From: a virus
Taxonomy: Duplodnaviria > Caudoviricetes
Reading direction: 5' to 3' (one strand)
Virus record (IMG/VR): IMGVR_UViG_3300011337_000101
Location: 1-33,180 of that record
Length of the DNA stretch: 33,180 nt
Shown here: in pieces, positions 1 to 7,932 of the stretch
Layout: the number at the start of each line of letters is the position of its first letter
How positions within the stretch are numbered: the stretch's first letter is position 1
Position numbers and translations under genes: made by a program
The notes under the pieces: generated by a model
Database searches by the model: none
Told to the model about the DNA's origin: nothing
Seen by the model: the letters and a program-made list of their open reading frames with translations, nothing else

Positions 1-160
1 CACCAGCGGCAAGAATGGCAGCAGCAGATGATTCAAACCAGCCAGCAGCCAAATGCTCATCCCATTCTGACTGCGAGTTGACGGAAATGTATTTGTACGT
101 GCCACCACCTGACCGGCGATGCGTTCCAGGGCTTTGATAAGCAAGAACAGGGAAGATCAT
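1..160 (-). CDS. Small conserved phage protein downstream of coat (partial, runs off the left edge)
   Basis: Read manually: MIFPVLAYQSPGTHRRSGGGTYKYISVNSQSEWDEHLAAGWFESSAAAILAAG...; the ATG at 158-160 overlaps the upstream stop (TAATG); open to the window edge. Confidence 0.75.
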   Translation of the reverse strand, partial: MIFPVLAYQSPGTHRRSGGGTYKYISVNSQSEWDEHLAAGWFESSAAAILAAG

Positions 161-330
161 TATTTCTTGGCCTTTGCAGGGGCTTTGCCGGGCTTTCCAG
201 CCATTTCAGCAGCTTTCCTAGCCGTGGATAGCGCCACAGCAATTGCTTGCTTCTGGGGCATTCCTGCTTTGATCTCTTTGGCAATGTTCTTGCCAATGGA
301 TTTCTTTGAGTAACCTTTGGTCAATGGCAT
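160..330 (-). CDS. Small basic phage protein (56 aa)
   Basis: Read manually: MPLTKGYSKKSIGKNIAKEIKAGMPQKQAIAVALSTARKAAEMAGKPGKAPAKAKK; AGGAG Shine-Dalgarno upstream; resembles the small Lys-rich 'MPLxKG...PQKQAxAxA' proteins often found near phage head genes. Confidence 0.8.
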   Translation of the reverse strand: MPLTKGYSKKSIGKNIAKEIKAGMPQKQAIAVALSTARKAAEMAGKPGKAPAKAKK

Positions 331-340
331 AAAACACTCC

Positions 341-367
341 TAGTAGAAAGGGGGGCCGTAGCCCCCC
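341..367 (-). terminator. Intrinsic terminator after the coat gene
   Basis: Minus strand GGGGGGC-TACG-GCCCCCC-TTTCT: 7-bp GC stem, UNCG tetraloop and short U tract, about 15 nt after the coat stop. Confidence 0.75.
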
Positions 368-381
368 GATCTTATGGCCGA

Positions 382-1662
382 TTAAGGCTGGTTGAACAAC
401 AAGATACCAGACATTTCAGGCTGCTTGTTGACCACGCCAAACAGCGTGTCCAGACGATACTTGATCGTCATGCTGTCGATGTCATAGAACTTCTGCATGA
501 CCAACTCAACGCCCTGGTCGGTGCTGGCGCGCATCACTGCGGTACCGGCATCGGATGGGACAGCGTAGCGGCCGGGCAGGATTTCCAGAGCATCTTTCTG
601 CCAGAACACGTTGATCGCAGATGCGGCAGTGTTGAGCCAGTTGATGGCTGCGGTTGCCGACTCGGTGACCACTTCGACGTTCTTGTATTGCAGCTCTGCA
701 TCGGTCGGAGCATTTGTAGCGCCAATGATGGGGGGGCTGATCACAAGGGTCACACCGCCGGCCGGCACGCTGATCACGCGGAAGGTTTTCAGTTCGCCAG
801 TCGACTCTTTGGTGATGTGATGCACGGCTTCCACGCCATCAATCGTGAAGCAGTCACCAGCAACCACGCCAACAGAGTTGGACACGGTAACGGTCTGGTA
901 ACGGTTGTCCACGTTGATCTGACCGCCAACGGATGTGGAAGTGGCTTGAGGAACGTAATCAGCCTGTGCGCCGTTGGTTGCAATGGTGGTCACGCCGCCA
1001 GCTGCTGCCGCGATGCGGTTTGCGTAGTCAAACTTGTAGGTGTTGAAGCCTGCAACCATGCCCACATACGAACGCTCGTAAGCCTTGTCAGACTTGGGGT
1101 TACCAAACGAACGCGATGCTTGCGACAGATTGCCGGCTAAACCGTTGTAATCGCGGCTGGACAGACCCAGGAAGCGATCATAGTCAGGCACGCCCTGCTC
1201 ATTCATGATCGTGTCGCACAGGCTCACATCGTCGTAGTCACCAGAGGCGGTAGCGATCGGCACAACCAGCGTACCTTGTGCGGCAGCAGTATTCATGATG
1301 GCCACATTGATGTCGCTTGCCAGCTTTTGCTTGGCAGACTGACCCAAACGGCCTTCTTGCAGTGCATCACGCAGATCGAGAGTGGTCATCTGCCACGGCA
1401 CGGTCTGAGAGAAACCCAGGGTGCTGGGAACCGACAGCTGCGTCATGTTCTGATAGCTGCCGGCGATGGTCGTGCCAGGGGTTGTTGGGATAGACTGGGC
1501 GATGTAGGGCATCGGACGCCAGATCGTGTTGTTCGCACGTTCCATCATGGTCGAATCGGTGTTGTAGACCGAAACGTGACGGGAGAGAACCAGAAGGTCT
1601 TGGAAACCTTCAAGAATGTCTTCGAAGGCTACGCGCTCTTCCTTGCTGAATGAATTTGCCAT
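382..1662 (-). CDS. P22-like major capsid (coat) protein, gp5 family
   Basis: 426 aa; MANSFSKEERVAFE start, IWRPMPYI, GDCFTIDGV..VHHITK..TG.LKTFRV and RLDTLFGVVNKQPEMSG motifs; follows the scaffold gene. Confidence 0.92.
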   Translation of the reverse strand: MANSFSKEERVAFEDILEGFQDLLVLSRHVSVYNTDSTMMERANNTIWRPMPYIAQSIPTTPGTTIAGSYQNMTQLSVPSTLGFSQTVPWQMTTLDLRDALQEGRLGQSAKQKLASDINVAIMNTAAAQGTLVVPIATASGDYDDVSLCDTIMNEQGVPDYDRFLGLSSRDYNGLAGNLSQASRSFGNPKSDKAYERSYVGMVAGFNTYKFDYANRIAAAAGGVTTIATNGAQADYVPQATSTSVGGQINVDNRYQTVTVSNSVGVVAGDCFTIDGVEAVHHITKESTGELKTFRVISVPAGGVTLVISPPIIGATNAPTDAELQYKNVEVVTESATAAINWLNTAASAINVFWQKDALEILPGRYAVPSDAGTAVMRASTDQGVELVMQKFYDIDSMTIKYRLDTLFGVVNKQPEMSGILLFNQP

Positions 1663-1774
1663 TTGTAAAGCTCCATTGGTTGAATAAAAAACACGGCATT
1701 ACTGCCACTTTCTCTACTCACCAATGGGCTGGCGGGGGCCATTCAACTGCTATTTTTATGGGTTAGCGATACCC
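1663..1774 (-). promoter_or_regulatory. Structured coat-gene leader: two tandem H-type pseudoknots, a GNRA hairpin with U tract, and an RBS-proximal stem
   Basis: GGGT-ATC-GCTA-ACCC-ATAAAAA-TAGC-AG (1774-1747); GGC-CCC-CGCCA-GCC-CAT-TGGTG-AG (1740-1717); GGCA-GTAA-TGCC then GTGTTTTTT; CCATTGG can pair with CCAATGG, which overlaps the GGAG RBS. Confidence 0.55.
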
Positions 1775-1784
1775 GTTTTGCGCA

Positions 1785-2588
1785 TTATGCCTTTTTTTGG
1801 CGTTTGTATTGTATAACTTTGGTCATGTTGCCTGTTCTGGCAGCTTCTTCGCGCAGTCGTTCAAGCGTTGAATCAACTGCACCAGATACCCGGCCAGTGC
1901 CTGTAACCACGCGCTCGGGCGGTGGTGCTGACTTGCGATTGGTGACTTTCAATTCTTTCTCCAGTTTGGCCACGGCAAAAGCAAACTTCACCGGGTCTTT
2001 GATTTCAGACAGTTCTTTGGCCTTTTTCGGGCTTTTTCCAAGTGCATACACCACCAGGGCTGGATTGTCAGCACCTTGCAGCATCACGCCTTGCTGGGTC
2101 ACGCTAAACAGTTCCTGCGCTACCGCCTCGGCATCCTCAAAGTCTTTCACGCGCAATTCAGCACGGGCTTTGGCATAGTTGTCCAGCTTTGACTGCCAAG
2201 CGCGATTCTGGTTTGTCAGTTCAGCGTCATGGCGTGCCTGATGTTCTTCCACCTGGCGCTTGCGGTCGTACCAGCTTTCCAGCGACTGTTCAAACTTCTC
2301 AGCGTCATAGTCGTGATCTTCAAGTGTTGGTTTTTTGCCAAGCGTAACCGCCTGCTGTACTGGCGCTGATTGTTGTAGCCGGCCTTGCAGTTCTTGGTTC
2401 TGCCGCTTCAGTTCTCGATTGGTCTTGCGCAGTTCACGCACCCATTCAGGCGCATGGGCTTGTTCTTCTTGCTGCTGCGGTTCTTCTTCGCCAATGCTGA
2501 CGACAACCTCGTCGGGTTCCTCTGCCTCAACAGCCTCTACTGGCGTTTCTACTTCTTGCTCGTCTTCAATCACAACTTCGTTTTCCAT
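1785..2588 (-). CDS. Capsid scaffolding protein
   Basis: 267 aa; acidic N-terminus, coiled coil, KPTLED.DYD and DP.KFAFAVAKLE motifs, basic C-terminus; directly upstream of coat. Confidence 0.85.
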   Translation of the reverse strand: MENEVVIEDEQEVETPVEAVEAEEPDEVVVSIGEEEPQQQEEQAHAPEWVRELRKTNRELKRQNQELQGRLQQSAPVQQAVTLGKKPTLEDHDYDAEKFEQSLESWYDRKRQVEEHQARHDAELTNQNRAWQSKLDNYAKARAELRVKDFEDAEAVAQELFSVTQQGVMLQGADNPALVVYALGKSPKKAKELSEIKDPVKFAFAVAKLEKELKVTNRKSAPPPERVVTGTGRVSGAVDSTLERLREEAARTGNMTKVIQYKRQKKA

Positions 2589-2602
2589 TGTCTTCCTTCA
2601 AA

Positions 2603-2631
2603 CTCACCCAAATTCGGCTGGGTGGATGCCG
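2603..2631 (-). promoter_or_regulatory. H-type pseudoknot in the scaffold leader
   Basis: CGGC-ATC-CACCCA-GCCG-AATT-TGGGTG-AG: S1 is 4 bp and S2 is 6 bp, all Watson-Crick; immediately 5' of the AAGGA RBS. Confidence 0.6.
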
Positions 2632-2634
2632 TAT

Positions 2635-3108
2635 TCAATGAATGTTGATTCCAAGCACTGCGAGTATCTGACGCGCTTCAAACTCTTGCATTGCTATCAG
2701 TGCGGTGATCGTGTCTTCTTCATCCAGAAGGAAAGCACTTAGTGCAGCCGATGCGTCTTGCAGTTCTTTGCTTTGCTCTGCCTTGTTTTTGTATCCTACT
2801 TGCAGCTTCGCCAGTTCTTTTTGTAGGCTGGCCAACTCTTCCAGATCGCCATCGTAGTTCACTAGCTTGCGTGCTAGGCGCTGCGATTGCGTATGCTTTG
2901 CCAGGGCTTGTCTGATCTGCTCTAGCTCTGCAATGTTTGAGGTCTTGCTGTCTAACTCTTGACGTAAGCTGGCCTCGTAGATTTGACGCTCACGCCCCCA
3001 ACCTTTCCTGTTGCGTTTAGCAGATGAACCTCCACCATCAATAACCGGTGTTGGCGGTGGTGGTGGTGGCGGCGGTGCGCTACGTGACTGGAGAAGCGTT
3101 AGAAACAC
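2635..3108 (-). CDS. Hypothetical protein with poly-Pro linker and coiled coil
   Basis: 157 aa, GTG start; MFLTLL-APPPPPPPPTP-GGG followed by a helical region; tightly packed in the operon. Confidence 0.7.
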   Translation of the reverse strand: MFLTLLQSRSAPPPPPPPPTPVIDGGGSSAKRNRKGWGRERQIYEASLRQELDSKTSNIAELEQIRQALAKHTQSQRLARKLVNYDGDLEELASLQKELAKLQVGYKNKAEQSKELQDASAALSAFLLDEEDTITALIAMQEFEARQILAVLGINIH

Positions 3109-3109
3109 G

Positions 3110-3274
3110 TTACATCAGGGTTTGCAGGGCATCAATGGTGGCCTGGGTCTCAATGATCTCGTTATCAAGTCTCAGCACAGCTTCAAGGTCTCCTGAAGCC
3201 ATAGCGGTTGATTTGGCGGTATTGAGATACGCCAGCTTGTTTGCCATTAGGCTGACCAGTTCTTGCATCTTCAT
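3110..3274 (-). CDS. Small helical-hairpin hypothetical protein (54 aa)
   Basis: Read manually: MKMQELVSLMANKLAYLNTAKSTAMASGDLEAVLRLDNEIIETQATIDALQTLM; ATGA overlap with the upstream gene; fills the gap exactly. Confidence 0.75.
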   Translation of the reverse strand: MKMQELVSLMANKLAYLNTAKSTAMASGDLEAVLRLDNEIIETQATIDALQTLM

Positions 3275-4884
3275 ACCAATACCACCATTTCTTGAGAAAC
3301 TGTAGACAGATGCGATTGCAGCAGAATCACATCATATGTATCGGTGCCGTCAATAGCGCAGTAAGCCGCCATACGCTGTCCAAGTGCAGCCGTGCCAGCC
3401 TGTAAAAAGTCAGTTGGAGTGAACGGACTTAGCACCCGGTTTTGAACGTCAAACCTATACAGTTGATTCACTACTGATGCTGCATAAATGTTCATGTAAA
3501 ACATTCTGCCCTCATTTTCAAAAGGGGCAAGACAACCGCACGTACCAACTGTCAAAGCCACAGCGCCATCATATGTAATGTTGGCAGTCCATGTTCCCGT
3601 GATGGATCCTGAAATATCAAGCACATCCAGCGTTGTCGCGCCACCTCGGAAGAAGTAGCAGAATGACTGCCGAGCGTTTTTACCGGCATCTGGCCGAATA
3701 CCCCAACTAGGTGCCCACATACCACCAGACGCATTAGCCGCTGGAGACACGCCAAAATAGGTGGTTGACCACGCGCCAGCAACTATGTTGTTTGTTCCAT
3801 TGTTGACCGTGGCGTCACCATAGTTGTATGTGTAAACCGTTGTTGTCGCAGTTGAACGCAGCAGAAGCAGGTTTGGCAACTCAATGACGTATTTGGCAGA
3901 TGACGATGGTGTAACTGTCCAGGCAGTTCCAAGGGTATAAACCGGGCTTGGGCCAACCGTGTTGCTGGCAATTACCCGGCGCTGACCAACTGAGCCAGGC
4001 GTTACCGTGTCTTGCACAATGCGAATCTGGAAGTTTCTGTATTCGTTGACTGCTACGCCAGAGTCTCCGTTAGTTGCTTGTCCAGTCAGTGTGCTTGCGC
4101 CAGCTGCTGTTGCTGTCAAAGCGTAGCGGGTCTCTACGCCGGTGTCGTACAAAAACGCGCCCTTGACCATCCCTTCGCCTGGGGTGCAGTCATATGGCGT
4201 GTACTGCTCATCCAGCACCATGATTGAACTGTCAGTGCCAATGGTTGCCGGAAGGTTGGTGGTTGTCAGGCCGGTAGAAAGCGTGTTTGTTGCAATCTCA
4301 ATTGATCGCCAGATGTTGGATGCTGTTGTTCCTGCGTTCAGCATAAACAGTTTGCCAGCAATGATTTCGTACCGTGCGCCGGTGGCCGGGGTAAACGTGA
4401 ATGGTGACAACACCTGAATTGACGGGGTTGTGCTGGCGCTGTTACCTGTGATGTAACGCTCTTCCGTTTTGCCGGCCGTAGTGTCAATAATGCGGATCTT
4501 GAACCCGTACTCACCAGATCCACCACGATTGGCAAGCATATTCAAACCAACCGCTGTTGGCAGTGCTGTAGACAACGTGACGGATGATGTAGTCGCACCA
4601 GCCGCAATGACGCCAACCAAACCCAAGGATGGTGCAAAACTGGTGGCAGTGCCTGCGCCGAATGCGCCTGCCAATGCAGGAGACTGCACAAAGTTCCAAG
4701 CCTTGGTAACGATGTTGTATCGGTTCAATACCGTTGCAGAAATCAAGTTGTAAACGAATGGATTACGACTCAAGCCAGATCGCAAATCAGATGAAAGCGT
4801 GGTGGCTGCTGCGCTGGCGTTAGGTGCTGGGGCAACCTGCGCCCACATCAACCGATCAATGACTTTTTTGAATGTATTTGCCAT
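3271..4884 (-). CDS. Large beta-rich putative virion protein (propeller-like blades plus two homologous inserted domains)
   Basis: 537 aa, rich in Thr/Ala/Gly; kelch-like blade ends (LNRYNIVTKAW, LDVLDI...TW, LYRFDVQNR); internal duplication FKIRII...FTPATGARYEI and FQIRIV...VTPSSSAKYVI; AAGGA RBS. Confidence 0.6.
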   Translation of the reverse strand: MANTFKKVIDRLMWAQVAPAPNASAAATTLSSDLRSGLSRNPFVYNLISATVLNRYNIVTKAWNFVQSPALAGAFGAGTATSFAPSLGLVGVIAAGATTSSVTLSTALPTAVGLNMLANRGGSGEYGFKIRIIDTTAGKTEERYITGNSASTTPSIQVLSPFTFTPATGARYEIIAGKLFMLNAGTTASNIWRSIEIATNTLSTGLTTTNLPATIGTDSSIMVLDEQYTPYDCTPGEGMVKGAFLYDTGVETRYALTATAAGASTLTGQATNGDSGVAVNEYRNFQIRIVQDTVTPGSVGQRRVIASNTVGPSPVYTLGTAWTVTPSSSAKYVIELPNLLLLRSTATTTVYTYNYGDATVNNGTNNIVAGAWSTTYFGVSPAANASGGMWAPSWGIRPDAGKNARQSFCYFFRGGATTLDVLDISGSITGTWTANITYDGAVALTVGTCGCLAPFENEGRMFYMNIYAASVVNQLYRFDVQNRVLSPFTPTDFLQAGTAALGQRMAAYCAIDGTDTYDVILLQSHLSTVSQEMVVLV

Positions 4885-4893
4885 CTTGATTCC

Positions 4894-5550
4894 TTATGTG
4901 ATTCTTGAACGAACTAAGCTGTACCACGCAGCAAGATTGGCGCTGGTTGGCAGAATTTGTGCCTGAATACCGCCAATCAATGTTTGGTTTGCTACGTTGC
5001 TAACGGTTGTCACCGTGCCAACGGTAGTGACAGTGCCAGACTCAATAACGGCCGTCTGCCTTGCCCGTTGCAATGATTTGTCGTAGCCCTGCGGTGCATT
5101 CAGATAGTTCAGCATCCTGGTTAGCAACAACACCATTTCTTGCTGCGTTTCAGCACTAGCAACGTCAATAATCGGCAATGGGTTCGCCAATGTCACATCA
5201 GGCAAGGTGACGGACAGCGGGTTTAATGCGGTTACGTCTGGCAGTGTTACCGATAGTGGATTAAGTGCCGTCACATCTGGCAATGCAACTGACAACGGAT
5301 TCAAAGCCGTAACGTCTGGCAGATTTACCGGCAAAGGAGTGAGTGCTGTTACATCTGGCAAAGTAACTGGCAGCGGGTTTAATGCGGTAATCCCGGTCAT
5401 TTCAACCGGCATCGGGTTGGCACTTGATACGTCAACTGCTACGCCATCTGCCCCCACGCCTATCTTGATTCGCTGATGCAAGACGCCTGCAATCTCGTCA
5501 GCAGCAACCAGTGCGCCTACGCCTGGTGTGTAGCCTACATTGTCAGCCAT
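4894..5550 (-). CDS. Putative fibre or decoration protein with 13-aa tandem repeats
   Basis: 218 aa; starts immediately after the portal stop; about six PDVTALNPLxVxL repeats; VTTVGTVTTVSNV motif. Confidence 0.65.
   Translation of the reverse strand: MADNVGYTPGVGALVAADEIAGVLHQRIKIGVGADGVAVDVSSANPMPVEMTGITALNPLPVTLPDVTALTPLPVNLPDVTALNPLSVALPDVTALNPLSVTLPDVTALNPLSVTLPDVTLANPLPIIDVASAETQQEMVLLLTRMLNYLNAPQGYDKSLQRARQTAVIESGTVTTVGTVTTVSNVANQTLIGGIQAQILPTSANLAAWYSLVRSRIT
5164..5397 (-). repeat. 39-bp / 13-aa coding tandem repeat, about 6 copies
   Basis: TGITALNPLPVTL PDVTALTPLPVNL PDVTALNPLSVAL PDVTALNPLSVTL PDVTALNPLSVTL PDVTLANPLPIID. Confidence 0.9.
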
Positions 5551-7920
5551 TTATTCCTCCGTCTCAATGCGGGTAATACGGCCTTTTTCGCGCACCACTC
5601 GCTTGGGTTTGTTGATTGACTGGATTGCTCTCTCGGCATTCTGAGTGGCTTTTTCGGCATTCAGCGTGTTGCTGGTAGCCAGCTGCTCCATTGCGCCGCC
5701 GATTTTATCCACCGCCTCGGCAATGCCGGTCACCGCTTGCTGCATCATTTCGCTGGCCATGACCATGCTGTCATTGGTCGTGCGCTCTGCCCGTAGCTGC
5801 TCGATCTGCGTGTCTGTGGCTTCCACCCGATTGCGCTTTAGCTGGTTTTCCAGGCGCATGGCCTCGATCTCCAGCATCGTTTTCTCGTCTCGCTGAGGCA
5901 TCTGTTGCTGCGCCGGCTGCTGCTGCTGTTCTCCGCCATCCATTTCGCTGATCTTGGCAAAGGTCTGCATTGTCTGCGCATTCTTCAGTTCAGCACTGGC
6001 AATGGTCTCCACCGTGTCGGCCCTGGCCTTGGCTGCTTTGGCGCTTGCTTCCTCTGCTGCGGCTTGCAGGTACATCGTCTGCGGGTCTTGCGGCTGGCCT
6101 TGCATTTCGGCCATCATTTCCTCGGCTTCTTTGTCTGTCGGCTTGATCACGCCCATTCGCAGCAGCTTCTTGCGGTAGTAAGCGTTTGCGTCTGAAATGC
6201 CTTCGCCCTCCATGTTCATCATGGCCATTCCGCCAAGCACTTGGAGCGTCTCGGGGTCTTGCGTGATCTGCATCATGCCGGTCAGTGCGCGAACGGTAGC
6301 GGCTTTCTTGCTGCTGCTGCTTGGCCCAACGTCCACATTAACGTCGAAGGTTGCGCTGCTCAAGTCGTTAGCCAGCACCATTGCGCCGGTCTCTTGGTCA
6401 ATGCTTGGCTGCATCAGTTCCACAGAATCCGTCTCACCGCTGGCAGTCAGCGTCTTCATCTTTCGCTTGCTCTCGGTGTAAACATCCCTGGCCATTGATA
6501 GCCAGATCTCGCCACAGCGTTTCATTCCCTTGGCAAAGTTGGACAGGTAGATGAATGTCTGCATATCCACCCGTGCCTGGATCATCTCCACCGCTTTTCC
6601 ACTGATACCGCTGACCATCTTGTCAGCGCCTTGCGGATTGCCAAGAATCTCCTGCATATCGGTTTCGGTGATCTGTAGCAATGCGGCCATTGCCGGTGGA
6701 ATTGCTGCCGACTTTGTGTACGCTACTGGCCCACTGATAGTTTGCTCACCATTCGGCCCTGTGATCGGGTTGACCAGCAGGTAAGGGTAATCTTTCAGAT
6801 TGTCTTCTGCCCACATCATCTGGTGGCCGGCAACCTGCTCTGGCGTGAGGATTGGCTTCTCGATGCTGGACAGTGCGCTGATCTCACCCAGCTTGGACAG
6901 CTGCATATTCTTGAGTCGCTGCGCATCTTTAGCCAGGCGAACATGGCCCATGCACCGCTCGATGTTGTCGACAAACCAGCGTTTTCCGTAAACCGGAACT
7001 ATCGGAATGCACTTGCCAGCAATGTAACCAGCGTCTTCCAGCACCCTGCCGCCCGACATGATGTACTTGCGCACCTTCTTGCGCTTTACCCGTTTCTGGC
7101 GAATCTCGCGGCTTCCGACTGCGGCCAGCGTTTCCTCTAGCGTCTCGTCTTGCTCAAAGTCTGCCGGGCTGTAGCGTTCCTCCGATCCGTCAATCGCCTG
7201 GAAGATGCGGATTGTTTCGCTTTTTTCCTCGACCTTGTAGTATTCGGCCACATAAACAACATCAGGCGTACACCAATCAAATTCATACTGATGGATGATC
7301 TTGGGCCAGTCTGTCGGATCGTCGCCCCAGGTGTCTTTGTAGGCCTGGCGGGTCATGCTGGTGACCACAAAGCAATACTTGGCGTCTGACTTGTCCTGGC
7401 GCTTGGCACCTAAATCGAAAAACACCGAACTGTCAGCATCGAAGATTGGTTCAATGCGAATGCGCTGCCGGTCGTCTTCGTCGTTTTCCTCGTCCTCGTA
7501 GACAGTGCGCAGTCTCCAAGCGCCGTATCCACCACCAACAGCCTCTTCAAAGGCGTTGTCATAGGCTTCATTCGCCACAGAATCGTTCTCATCTGCGCGA
7601 TACAAACCGTCGCATACCTCGGCCAGCTTGTCGTTTTCTACGCCATCTTTGCTGACAAAATCAACTGTGATGCGGTTGTTACGGTACTCATTGATGATTC
7701 GGATTACCGACAAATGGATCTTGTTGACCTCAAATCGTGGCTTGTTTTCAAACTGGTCTGCCAGTGGGCCTTCCCATTGACTGCCGGCCAGCGAATAGAA
7801 GCGTCGATCTTGCAGGCATTGCAGGCGCTCGTCTCGCAGTGCGGTCTGAACCTCGTCAAACTGCGCTAAAGCCTCAGAATGCAGGTTTGCAAGTCGCTGA
7901 TCTGTCGATAATCTGGCCAT
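5551..7920 (-). CDS. P22-like portal protein (gp1 family)
   Basis: About 789 aa, likely start ATG at 7920 (MARLSTDQ); DRRFY...G.QW, PRFEVNK, AFEEAVGGG.GAWR, IPIVPVYG and VRLAKDAQRL.N motifs; long helical C-terminus; follows terL. Confidence 0.93.
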   Translation of the reverse strand: MARLSTDQRLANLHSEALAQFDEVQTALRDERLQCLQDRRFYSLAGSQWEGPLADQFENKPRFEVNKIHLSVIRIINEYRNNRITVDFVSKDGVENDKLAEVCDGLYRADENDSVANEAYDNAFEEAVGGGYGAWRLRTVYEDEENDEDDRQRIRIEPIFDADSSVFFDLGAKRQDKSDAKYCFVVTSMTRQAYKDTWGDDPTDWPKIIHQYEFDWCTPDVVYVAEYYKVEEKSETIRIFQAIDGSEERYSPADFEQDETLEETLAAVGSREIRQKRVKRKKVRKYIMSGGRVLEDAGYIAGKCIPIVPVYGKRWFVDNIERCMGHVRLAKDAQRLKNMQLSKLGEISALSSIEKPILTPEQVAGHQMMWAEDNLKDYPYLLVNPITGPNGEQTISGPVAYTKSAAIPPAMAALLQITETDMQEILGNPQGADKMVSGISGKAVEMIQARVDMQTFIYLSNFAKGMKRCGEIWLSMARDVYTESKRKMKTLTASGETDSVELMQPSIDQETGAMVLANDLSSATFDVNVDVGPSSSSKKAATVRALTGMMQITQDPETLQVLGGMAMMNMEGEGISDANAYYRKKLLRMGVIKPTDKEAEEMMAEMQGQPQDPQTMYLQAAAEEASAKAAKARADTVETIASAELKNAQTMQTFAKISEMDGGEQQQQPAQQQMPQRDEKTMLEIEAMRLENQLKRNRVEATDTQIEQLRAERTTNDSMVMASEMMQQAVTGIAEAVDKIGGAMEQLATSNTLNAEKATQNAERAIQSINKPKRVVREKGRITRIETEE

Positions 7921-7932
7921 AATCAATCCTTT

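Noticed and set aside
1747-1774. preQ1-I riboswitch (small pseudoknot with A-rich tail)
   Set aside because: The shape is similar, but I could not match the ligand-binding consensus, the context is a coat gene, and the two sibling elements lack the A tail; kept as an unnamed pseudoknot
3044-3078. (GGT/GGC)n run as a G-quadruplex or contingency locus
   Set aside because: Short, mixed codons, and explained by the poly-Pro linker
5164-5397. 39-bp periodicity as a CRISPR array
   Set aside because: Contiguous in-frame coding repeats with synonymous variation; no spacers and no cas genes
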